From contig JAPETS010000011.1 of the NCBI GenBank assembly GCA_026023565.1, forward strand, positions 620,001 to 684,000: a stretch of DNA of 64,000 nucleotides, written 5' to 3'. Source of the stretch: Cirrosporium novae-zelandiae (taxonomy: Eukaryota). Made by a program: the position numbers and the translations under genes. Numbering within the stretch: position 1 is the stretch's first letter; every line of letters starts with the position of its first letter. Below the pieces are notes generated by a model. The model was not told the DNA's origin, did not search any database, and saw only the letters and a program-made list of their open reading frames with translations. Shown piece after piece: positions 23,785 through 35,631 of the stretch.

Positions 23785-24306
23785 CTTTGCTGTTCTAGGA
23801 AGCTATAACCGAGACCAAGTTAGCGTCATTCGCTTCATAGACCTCGCCAAGAATATAAATATAGGAAAGGATAACAGCTGTGCAAGGTGAAGAAAATAAT
23901 GTTTCTTTGCATGTAACTCACGATTTGTTGTTATTTCTTCTAAGTCGATTTGATCTCCAGCTTTGACTCAAAATTTCCTAAGTCAGCAGTGCGGCTTGAT
24001 GTTTGAGTCGAGCTTGGAGAATGTGTGAGATGACTAGAAAAGATCGAGAATAGATGCAAGTAAGGTCAGTCAAGATGGATTTCCACACACTTAAGTAAGT
24101 TTGGTTGAAGTTCTTGGGGAGATAAATGCTTAGGTAACTGTGGCTAAGTGCGGGGTTGGAAAAATCAATAAAGCATTGAGGTGAGGATATGGTGAAAGCT
24201 CAGGAGTTACCTAAGGGACGCACAATCCCGATGCCTTTGTGTTAATGCCTTTAGTTTATCTGCCCTTCCTTTAACCTCAAGCTCCAATCATAGCAGCTCT
24301 GGAAAG

Positions 24307-25886
24307 ATGACGAATCACCATCATTCAACTTTCCATGAAACAGATTCGCAAACCACTAACTCTCACAACGAGCCTATTCATACCGAAGGCCAACAAGAAG
24401 GGTATAACTCTGAAAACTCTATAGTGAGCTCACATCAGATGGTTAGAGCCCCATTCCCAACACAGTGATTTGAATATCATGATATTATGATGCTAACAAA
24501 TGATAGGATTCAAGGACACCTCAAGGTCAGCAAGGCCAATCAACTCCAAGTCATTCAAATCGCAACTTGGACAGAGGCTCGCTCTTCTGGCGTGTTTTCA
24601 ATTACTTCTACCCTAGGTCTGATGGATTCAGCGATATGGCACAACATGTTGTAGATATAGAGCATAAGTATCAACGTCAAGATGAAGATTTTCAAAATCT
24701 AGTACAGAATTGCAATGCCTTGCAGCAGAAGCTAGAGGAAACACGAGACATGCTTTATTCCTTCCGTCACAAATATTCTGAGGCTACAACTACGATCGAT
24801 CGTCTCAAGAAGGAGATCCAAGAACAAGAGCTTCAAGTTAAAGGGGCTCAGGATATTGTATTCTCTCTTCAGCGCAGCCAAGCTCCGCAAGCGCTCGACG
24901 ATGACATGGTTAGGCAGAAACTTCGGATTGCGCTTGCTGGTTTGAAACCGTGGGCAAAGAAGTATGCTATAACTTCTCTTTCAGACATAAAGCAAAAGCA
25001 TAACAACGAAGCAGGAAGAAGCGTACTTTCTCAGATGTCTAATACTTCTAAAGGGCACCCGGGAAGCATTTTGCACAAAAGCCATTATTCTAAAGCTGGC
25101 GCGATCTTCTTAACTATGCTCTTAGCGGATTTTATTTGTGAATCAATTATACGCCGTCCTTTCTTCTTCCTCCATGAGGAAAGAAGCAGCATCACCCTTC
25201 GTAGCCACGGCTCTGGCATATTCAAGCTTGACCCCCCTCCTGGAGAAGCTCTCGAGGCTATCTTAACAAGTTGCAGACCAGGTTAGTTATCCAAATTAAA
25301 GGGCCTTTAAGATGATCTCTAATATCCGTCAATTCTAGAAGATAACGCGTCGACTCAAATCTGGCGTTCGGATACGCTTCGTCTCCTCGATCCCTTTTCA
25401 GACGGAAAGGATGACACAGCAAAAAAAAGGGCAGCAGGAATGACCGAGAGAAAGGAAAGCCAGTATAGAAAACTCGTGCGGGAGTTCCTTACAAAGTCCC
25501 AGGGTCGATTTTTCATAAAAGATATCTCTAAGCAGGAGACTCAAGAGTGCAATGCTGGGCTTCTTTCTATTTTCCACGCCGTCGGTGATGTTTTTACAGT
25601 TCTTCAGAGACAACGTGTCGAAATCACGCCCCATGGCCTCTACACACTTGGATGTAAGAATTTCCAGTCTACTAGCCCCCTTATGCAAGCGCATGCAGCC
25701 CATCTCCTTGACGAGAATGATACTAGGTTAGATGGAAAGCCTATACAGATGGTGGTTCAACCAGCAATTCTTGCTTGGGGAACTGAGGCAGGGAAGGACT
25801 ACGATCAGTATAAAGTTTGGGCGAAAGCTGTGGTTTGGGTTCTAGATGATCGTGTGAAAGAAGATGAAACGGACACCCAAGGCTAG
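24307..25886 (+). CDS. Hypothetical coiled-coil protein divergent from the Hsp70-like gene, with a possible GrpE-like C-terminal beta domain
   Basis: ATG at 24307. Introns 24424-24507 (GTGAGC..GCTAAC..TAG) and ~25282-25338 (GTTAGT..CTAAT..CTAG) keep the frame. Heptad region HVVDIEHKY...LQVKGAQD, motif WRSDTLRLL, C-terminus NFQSTSPLMQAH...IQMVVQPAILAWGTEAGKDYDQYKVWAKAVVWV. Confidence 0.85.
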
Positions 25887-27329
25887 AAGGGCCTCAATGA
25901 TCTCCTCTAGTCTACATTCTTGCCACATGGGCCGATGCCAACTTGAAGGTTTATACAATTTGACAACTCAAAAGAATGTTTATGGAAACCTCTGTTCACT
26001 AATATTATTGCATCCCTTTAACCTTCTTTCGTCGAGCACCGAATTTTGCTTGCTACAGCTTTGCCACTAGGGTTCGGACCTTTCGTGGAGGCTGTGGGGA
26101 CAACACAACACAATCATTCCATCCTACCACCTTTGCTCCATCGAGATAGAGCCTCAAGCAATACGAACAATCTCTCTCTAGATGGCATCTCCCATTCTCC
26201 AATTTTCCATTTTCTAATCTACGAAGCTCTCGTTCTCGCACTCGCGAAGTCTACAGCCTCTCCAAGTTTCTTCTACATCCCCAACCCCAGCTTCTTCCCC
26301 CGGCTTATCAAGTATCAACCAACCCTACCTTCTCAAAGCCCCAACGGAAAATGGTCATACCGTCAAACTCGCCTAGTCTTTTAAATGATCGCGAGCGGTT
26401 AATTCATGGCTGGTTTAGATAGCAAATGGCAACGCATTCACAAACTAGATCCAAGGTCAAGACACCCTAGGAATCCCTAGATCTTCCCCTGAAATTCATA
26501 TGTCCGCATTTCCAAGTTGTAAAACTGCTTCATCCTCCACATGAATAAGTAGGGGTATGTAGCGTCACTTATTTAGAGCCCTAGATAGCCACGCGGGGTC
26601 CCAAGATAGGCGGGACTCACCGATTCCTTTTTTTAAACAATTGTTTTTCCTAGCGAGACCTCAAACAAAATCAATTTTTATGTATTCCTAATCAACTTTG
26701 TTATTGAAATTGAAAACTCTGATTCTGTGTAAAGTTTAAAGGCTTCTCTCTAAAACCAATTTTCCCATTCCATGTTTTTTTGGATCTCTGGTCGGTTTTA
26801 TTTCTATTTCGTCGGGAATAAAATATTATACTAAGTTTACTACGAGTGATTGATTGATTGATTGGTTATATTATCGTTATTTGTAAATAATTGCTATTAT
26901 TATTGTTGTTGTTGTTGCGTTAATGTTATATTGACATATATATATACATTAGGACACCATTTAAATAGTGAGGAAACAAGTTTGTGAGTCCTTTTTTATG
27001 TCTTTTAGGAGTATATCACAATAATGCAGCTGAAAACTCTACATGCTTCCTTCCAGTTTCAAGCCCATCAACCTAACGACTTGACATCATTCTCAATTGT
27101 GAGGATGAGAAAACAAAAAAGTTTGCTCTAGGAGGGAAGGGGGATTATGTCGCTCGTTCTAATCCTTTGTCACATTGCCAGAGTGGGATAAGGAATATTT
27201 GACATCCCCCATTAGGCTGCTGATGAATGAACTAGTTCTAGTGTTTCTCGGGGGGGGGGGGCTTGATATGTGCAGATACCGAGTCCTCATACATTGGTGA
27301 TGAGAAGATCAAGCAAGTCTGTAGGTCTT

Positions 27330-27770
27330 CATGCGGATCACCAGTAGTGATTATTGTGGGAGAATTCTCTTTAATTTGGCTATGTGGAGGTGGACCAATG
27401 TCCGTTTCTGCGCCTTTCGTTATGGTTCCCCCATTTCGTCCGACTCCTCCCGCCTATGCACACAACGATATCTGGAGGAAAGTCGATTGTTTTTCTCGTT
27501 TCGTCGAGGTCTTTGATTCACCAGTAACACCCTGGACCAGTTAAGCATAACATGTAAGTGTAAGGAATCGTTATCATTATAACCTTATAGCTCGGTATGC
27601 GGAATTTAGTTAATCAAGTAGCCAGCCCCTCAATAACACGCGGTACAAATGCCAGGAATGCAAGACTAGTTTTAGTTTCTGCGAAAAGTGTGAGCATTCT
27701 TCTTCTCGGACGCATCCTAGTCATACTTTTAAAGCGATGGAGCCTAAGCAAGGAATGTATGAGGAAGGTA
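27330..27770 (+). pseudogene. Degraded gene relic containing part of a ZZ-type zinc finger
   Basis: From 27641 one frame reads RYKCQECKTSFSFCEKCEHSSSRTHPSHTF (CxxC..CxxC..H..H, ZZ-like). The first CxxC is not recoverable, upstream frames are broken, and the 3' end runs into a repeat fragment. Confidence 0.5.
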
Positions 27771-27846
27771 CGTTACAAGGACATGGCTACCCGCCAGTTA
27801 AAGCGAGTAACCCTATTTAGCTATATAAGCTGACTGTTCCGTAATA
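27771..27846 (+). repeat. Dispersed repeat copy 2, LTR-end-like
   Basis: Matches 10821-10892; most differences in the aligned core are C/T or G/A transitions. Confidence 0.7.
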
Positions 27847-28528
27847 GAAAACTTTAAATCTCGGCAGTCCTCCTTCAGCACAGTCTCTTCCATAACAGAT
27901 AGCTCTTTTAGAAGTTCAGAGAATAATCCCAATATATAGAATCACCTTAAATACTCATCATCAGCCATAATCTAACCAGAGGTGACAAAATATCTAGCAA
28001 CTGAGATATCCGCATGCGCCACAAGAGACTTGGGGAGGCTAAACGGACGGATCTAGCCGTACGACTTTCGGATCCGAATGCCACAATACTTTAACTCTAT
28101 AAAGGTGATAAAGGTCGAGTGATATCGATCTCCAGATGTAGTGCAAAACATCCAAGAAAGGGAAGGAAAGGTAAGGAATCAAACAAAAACCCTTCCCACT
28201 CAAAACCTAGAAAGGAAAAAATAAATAAATGACAAGGACTAGATATATGTAGATGCAAGGATGCAAACTCCACCAAGGGAGGGGGGGGGTCTGCTGTCTA
28301 CAGGGCGGGAGGACCTGATAGTGGAGAGGAGGGAGGGAAGGAGGGAGGGAGGGAGGTTTTAAGGACCTGTCTACGGGAGCTGCTTCGATGGAGAGAGCTA
28401 GGTGGGGAGGAGCAGACATTTAGATATTTGATTGATGAAGCTCATCTGATACAGTAAAAGGAATGTAGATCTGATTTAATCTCATGCGAGATCTCCCTCC
28501 GGTGGAGAAATCAAGCCTAGTACTATAC

Positions 28529-28805
28529 TGTGAAAGAGTTGTGGGCTTGGGCGTTTATATAGGCAGTTGGGGATAGAAATTAGGGCTGAGGAGCTGTTCG
28601 AGGGGAACTGGGAATTATATTGAAGCTTGCCTCAGGTGGTTGTCTACCTTAGGTTCTAGAAACCTAGGAAAGCCATATAAGGCTGGAGGCTTAGGACTAG
28701 CCCGAAAGGGATAGGGCTGATCCAGAAGCCTTAGGCACTATAAGTCGGAGCCTTAGGCCGTAGGGCTGATGCCTCAAGAAGCCAAAAATCGGCAACTCTT
28801 TCACA
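28529..28805 (-). mobile_element. Solo LTR of a retrotransposon (277 bp); a MITE is the less likely alternative
   Basis: Begins TG and ends CA. Perfect 13-bp terminal inverted repeats TGTGAAAGAGTTG (28529-28541) and CAACTCTTTCACA (28793-28805). 4-bp direct repeat ATAC on both flanks (28525-28528, 28806-28809). TATATAA on the minus strand near 28560. Confidence 0.85.
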
Positions 28806-30805
28806 ATACATATACAATCGCTATCTATGGTAACTATCATGTCATATCATAATGCAGGCCAGACCACGACCTTTGGGCCTGAAAGCTGACTGGGCATTCG
28901 TTGTTCGTTGTTCGTTGTTGAGTCACTCACTTATGTAGAACTAGACTAGTCTATATTTTATTTCTATGTATTCTACCTCTAAAAGGCTAAGAGGCCAAGG
29001 TAAAGATGAAAATGAAACTTTAATTTGACGTCCAAATGGACGAATGAACGAAAAGAAAGAAAAAAGGGAAAAAAGGCCATGAGACAGGATAGGATAGGAT
29101 AGGATAGGATAAGATAATAGATAATCAAATGCTTTACTTATATTTATAGTTATAACCACTCACCCTACCTGCTAGCCAATAGATATATATAGATACATAC
29201 ATACATACATACATACATAATAACCGACCAACCAAACCATCCACCATCTACAACTATAAAAAATGGGCACACACATTATATCATCACATCCAACCCATTC
29301 CAATCCAGCCCTTTTTCTTTCTACCAAATCAAATGAAATCAAATTACGGTGAGTATATAGTATGCATGCTTGTATGACTGGCTGTAGATAGGTAAGTAGA
29401 TCGGAGATGAAGAGATGGAATTGTGTTGTGTTGTGTTTGTTTTAATATTTAATATTTAGATAAGTTGGAACTACCTAGGTAATAAATAGGCTTGTGTGTG
29501 TAGGCTAGCTAGTGAGATTGATTTACTGTGGTAGTTATTATATGTGGATGGAGATGGGATAGCGGATAGTGGATGGTGGATAGGATGGGTAGGATAGGGA
29601 TGTCCAGGTGGGGTGACGAGTGGTGGATGGGTGGTTAACTTAGCTACATAGCTGGGTACTAGGTATTAGGTATTAGCCATCAAGCATCAGGTATGGGGAT
29701 TGAATGATATATCACTACCTCTGATAGATGGATGAATGAATGAGTTGGATGGGGCCTTAGGACTTATAAAGAATAGATAACAAAATAACAAAAACAAATA
29801 AATAATTTGTGAAGGTTGAATGGAAAAATAGAAAAATGAATAAGATGTGATTACATTTTAAATAATTACCTATCTCCTGAACTGTCCCGGAGGGAGCTAT
29901 CACTAGTAATTAAGGGATGTCATATAAGGATTAACTATAATAGGTCAGATCACTGTTTTCAGGCAGAACCACTGTCGGCATTAAACTTCATTGCTGAGTC
30001 AAATACTATGCCTCAAGATCTTATCTATCATTATTATCAGTCCTTCTTCAAGTTGGTGAAGTGAGTGAAACGATCTCCCTGGATTGATAATACTATTATT
30101 ATGAGGATGGATGGATGGATGGATGGATGGGATATGAATATTAGTAAGTACTACGTCAATGAATTTAATTATCGAAAACGACAAAGTTGGAATAGGATCT
30201 ATCTACAGAGTTTGAGGTGGTAATGGTTATTTTGGCCAATTGAGGGAAGGCATGTCTCTGGAGTTAGCTTAGATTACTACAACTTGATTCTTTACTGTAA
30301 GCAACAGCACCGCTGTTTACGTATGTATACATCTACCATGCCAGGAGCCCATCATCGATCGAATGAATATATAAATATTATACCTTCTATCGAATAAAAA
30401 AAAAGCTACCTAACGTGGGTCATTGACTTGGGGGGAGGGATAAAATCTGGCCTGTTAATTCCCATTTCCGCCCTCAAAGCCCATGCGCCAAAAGTCCCAC
30501 TTCTTTATCCCCCAAGTATCCTTCCTTCCCTCAGAATGTACATGATATAAAACGCCATATGCTCGGTGTTGGCGTAATCAGAACTGGCTTCAAGTGCTAG
30601 ACGACAACTGTTTCTAATCAAAACGGCTGCCAAACTCTCAACCGTTATATCTTCAGAGAATTTTAAAAAAGAAAGGGCGTAGAATGCAAAATGATCGTTT
30701 CTCATCTTCAGAAAATAGGGTGTATCACCCGTTATGTGGCCAAAAAAAGGAGGCCGTGTCGTTGTGCTAGATACAGGTTGAATGAAGTACAATTGATGTT
30801 GTCCG

Positions 30806-33800
30806 TTAGTGACCTTCTGAAGCGACACTGGCCGATGTGTTCCGCTTTCCCCAGCCACTAAAGAAGCCACCTCCTGAAGAACTTGTTGTTGATGGCTGGG
30901 GTGGTGTGAGCTTCGGAGATTCCGATGTTGCCCTTGAAAGACTTGACATGAACAAGGTTGGCGAAGGTAGCGGGATATTATTGTCGCTAGCAAAGCTAGG
31001 GCGATGATTGGTTATTATGCCATTGGCATTTATCATCTTCTTTAATGCATCCAGCTTTGCTTTAGTTTCCTCCAGCTCCCCTTTCGCGACGGCTTCGGCA
31101 GTTTTTGCATTCACAAGTTCCACAAGCAGCGTATCATCCTCAGCAGGTCTATTGTTCTCGGTTGATAGGACAGCTTGTGTGCTAAGACTGCTGGTACGTT
31201 TGGAATATTGGATTTGGGAGGTGGCTTTGGAGCGAGTTGATGCAGTTCTTCCAAGTCGAAGTTCTCGAAGTCCATTGGTGGAAGACCGGCTATCTAGACT
31301 ATCACTAGATTGGGAAGTTGGACTGTCAGCGCTGCTACCTCTTCTTGATGGCTTGCGAGATCGCAGCTCGTAGATAGTTCTCTCAAGGCGTTGACGATCG
31401 CGGTAATCATCCTGAAGGCGAGATCGAGCTTCTCGAAGTTCTTCCCTTAACTGGTTATTCTTGTGCTCTTCTTCGCCGAGACGCTGAGTAAGATCTAGGC
31501 GGCGGGAAACTTCAATATTATGCTGCTCCTTCCAACGGGTCACATCATCTCGTAATTGATGTTTTGTTTGTAGAATTGACGACCTCCTAGCATCTCTAAG
31601 AGAAAATCTTTCTTCGGCCTTGGATAGAGCAGTATCGAAATCAGCTGATGTAGGACTCTCCGGTATATTTATTAGTTCTTGCTGGGTTAGACTATCACGA
31701 GGGTTTCGAGCGAACTGGGGCTTTACAGCCTTAATCTGAATTAGAAGAGTGGTGATGACTCGTTGGTCTTCCTCACGTTCTTCTCTTTCTTTTTGTAAGT
31801 CACTTGCAAGCTGTGCTTGTTCTCGTTGCATGTCACTCAAAGCAGTAAGCAAATCTTCAATCTGTAGATCCTTGTCCTTGGCTGATGACATTGCGCTTCG
31901 AGCTCGGGTATTTAGGGTTGATTGTTTATCGGATATTTCAATTGGCGATTGAGAAATTTCAGTTGCGACCGTACTGGCATTGGATTCGAAGCTGCTCTCT
32001 GAAGAGTTGAGCGTCGATGCCATGCTTTGCTTTGATGGTGTCCTTCGCAAGATGCTAGTTGGTCTTGAAGAGGCTGAAAGCGGAGGCGAAAGATTCATTG
32101 ACTTGGAAGAATTATGAGAACCTGCCCAGAGTCGGCCGAGGAACCTTGATGCAGCAGCTTGTATATCGGCCAGGCCACTGATTTGCTTCGGAAGACCTTC
32201 ACGTTGCGCAAGCTTAAAATTTGCTTCCAGTGCTTGTAGGCTTTCACGTGTGACAAGCCCAGTTAGGCTGACAAAGTCATTCACGAGATCATTAGCATTA
32301 GACGCATAAGTATCCCATAGACTTCGAGAAAGGAGAAGATGCATAACATCTTCTAATTCATGGCAGCCTAAGATTTTTTCTTCGTTGCGTTTCATCAATG
32401 ATAGCGCGACCCGCATTAGTGTTTCGGAAGCTCCCTCAGCCAAGAGAACATCGTAGATTCTCAATAACATGGGTAGTGGGCAAGTGACTGCGAAGAAGGA
32501 TAAAAACCATTGCGATACGTATACAGGTTCAATTTGAAGATGGTCAAGGTGACTGGCAAGCTGCGGGAGGAAGTGATTGAGGAGTTGTTGGAATTGATAG
32601 ATACGAAGGTGGAGGCCTGACAAGTCAGGAAGAAAACATGATCGTAGATCATAATGCTCCATCAGCCTAAGATAGTTAGTGCAAAGCAGCCAGTATAGGA
32701 GATAGATGATCATACCTTACTAATACGCAAAAGGCCTCTTTGTCGGTCATATGCATCAATAGAGGTCCCACTACAAACCCCAAACCTTGGCAGTATCCAA
32801 TCTTGGAGTCATAAACACTGAAACATTTCAGAACACTGGCTAGCATTCGTTGACCTTCGCCGCCTGGTTCCCGGAACATCTCAACGCCAGGGAAGCTCCT
32901 CCCGATATCCTTACCGATCAGTCCTTCATAGGGGCTGCTCTGTTGACTGAGTTGATCAAACTCATCTTCCAACATTCGATCTCTTGCACCGGCAATACTA
33001 GACCAAACGACGCCCCTCAGAGGAGGAGGGATACCAGCACGGATTTTGTTGGAAGTCAGAGTAGGTAAACGGTGAGCAGTCTGGGGATAGTCGGCAACCA
33101 GCGCTGCCCAGAATTCTAATTCTGTCATAGGAGGAGGTGCAGGGAGCATCGAAAACCTAAGAGAGGATGATCTTGATTCGCTGACAAGGCGCTGGAGATG
33201 ATGTATCGAAGGAGGCCGCGATTGGCTTCGCACACGTGGTTGCTGTGCCAGGCCAGCTTTGGGATCAGTTTCAAGAGCCTGGTTTTCCTGTTCAAGCCTT
33301 GCCAGAAGCAATGCGGTCGACTATAGTAATTAGCGGGGGTAGACAACCTCAGGTACAACTTGCAAACCTCATCCGAGGTGTCATCTCGTGACTCCTGTTC
33401 CTCAGTTTTGTCCAGTTCAACCCAATCCACAGATGTGCCTGGCCCAGAAGATCCTGTACGAGTAGTACTGCCGCTGCTACTTCTTGATCGAGGATCGCTA
33501 GCAGCGTTCTCTTCTTCTTGAGCACCATTCTTATCCTTTGGCTCTTCTGTTGGTGTCTTAGCTCTTGAATCCTCTGATCCATGACCCTCCTCCGACTGAT
33601 CTGTATCTACAGGGGTTTTGCAATCCTCCTCTTCAGGTCCAGCTCGTTCCTCTGGGATTGAAATCTTCAAATCATTTTTCGGACTTCCAAAAACATCGGC
33701 AATATTTCCTCGATTAACGGGCGATTCACCCAGTAATTTGTACATGTTTGGTGACATAGGAGGGCTTGAAAGTGGTACGGTAACCATAGAATCAGTAGGA

Positions 33801-33862
33801 AAGTGACGGATTTCGCTGGCTTGACCTGAGTCTGCCATGGTGGGCGCGTTGTCTTCCATCAT
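30806..33862 (-). CDS. gyp5: TBC-domain Rab GTPase-activating protein, Gyp5/EVI5-like, with C-terminal coiled coils
   Basis: Three exons. Motifs LLARLEQEN, GIPPPLRGVVW, IGKDIGRSFP (Arg finger), IGYCQGLGF (Gln finger), YVSQWFLSFFAVTCPLPMLLRIYD. Confidence 0.9.
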
Positions 33863-35631
33863 AACGATTGTGTCCTCAGCGCCTGTGTAGAAACAATAAT
33901 AACATGGAGAGAGGGGTATGAAGCGAATATAGGTTCGCGTAAAGAGCGTGATCCCACCTGAGGTTCTTTGGGGTGTTTAGGATAGAGACCGAAAGAATGT
34001 AGGTCTACTGTGAGATTGGGGATGATTAGAAGCATGTAGTATTGGTGTAAAGACCGACTAGATATCCAAGCTTTGCCGCCTGCGACCAAGACATGAAAAG
34101 AGAGGGAAAGAAGGGATTACTAGAGAATATCAAGAGAGAGTGGGGATTATCTTGAGAGTTTCAGGGGAAGTTCGCCTCGGTTGTTTTAGAGCCATGGTAG
34201 AACCATGGGTAGGAGACTTTAGCAATGAAAGCGAATGATAGTTGAGTGGTAGTGACTGGGTAGTTGCATGGATCGGGCGCATAAGATCAAGAATGGCGCG
34301 CATACTAATCAACCAACACCAACCAAGTACCAAAGACCGATTGACCATTTGTTTCTCTGATTCCCCTAGTGAAATAAAAAAAAATTAAAGAATGAACATG
34401 GTCAAATCAAATCATTTTTATTTCTTTTTCTGCAGTGAAATCATGGTAACCAGTTGATAGAAATTGAGATGAATTAATTACCTCGGAAGATACTTCTAAC
34501 ATATTTAGGTCTAGTTGATTGATTAGCATAAAGTCTAGAAGTCTAGCTACAGGTCTACAGGGTCAATTAGTCCAAGTAGAAATACTCGAGTAGTTAGAAG
34601 TATCCAGGATGAGTCTAAGGGGAAAAGTCACGGGAATCACGCCAATTGTTTTAGTGGCACGTGAGTGGTTCCACCAAAGATAGCCAATCACTTCATCTCT
34701 AACCTTCAAAACATCTTCGCAAGGAAATCAAACTATTGGCAGTTATAAGCCTAATGGCAACGGGCTTCCAATAAATTCATCAGCCATTTCATATCTATCG
34801 GGAATTTTATAAGAATAGAATATTAAAACATTAAACACTGGAAATGTATTCAAGTCCGACCACTATCATTCATGTACTTTTTTTGGCTGTACCATGCTTG
34901 ATTGACTCACTGTTCAAAGTGTAATTCATTGCATGAATTCTACCTACTATTAATATAGGGATCGCATGAAATTGTTAACCTATGCACAAAGTCTTCAGGG
35001 ACTGATCGACCATGACGGAAACTTATCAATTGGTTTGAAATCTGTGGTCTAGCTTGCTCATTATGGTGGTCTTCGAAGCATGGATTTGATATAGGTCTGA
35101 GACAAGACCGGACAAAACTTAAGGAGAGCGTATCAACTACGGAAGGTTGAGCATCATCCCTTGTTCCCCGCATAGATCCAACCCACCAAGTCTCAAGTCC
35201 TCACCGTAAAAAGATAGTTAGGGGATGAGGCTTGAAAAAAGAAAAGTAACCAAGGCTTCGACAAAGTATTCCAGAAGGTCTTGATTGGGAGTCATCAAAG
35301 TGAATCTAAAATCATTCCAGGAGGAGCAGAAGGTAAAGTTAAAGTTGTACAGAGACAAGCAGATCATGCAAACCATCCAAACAATCTTAACAAACAATGC
35401 AAACATTTCCCCTCTCAGGCAAGCGTTAGGCTTTGTTTAGCGCGTTCTGCTCACCCTTCCAACTGATTTCGTCAAACATCAACAAATAACTAAATCAAGT
35501 CCAACGAGTCGACATTCTCTCCAAATTGACTTTTCTCCACCCACTCAGCACCTTGTTGCTGCCTCTCGTTCCTTTGATTTCCATTCTATCTAACGTAACT
35601 TCTATTGTCATATTGTACACTATTCACCAAG

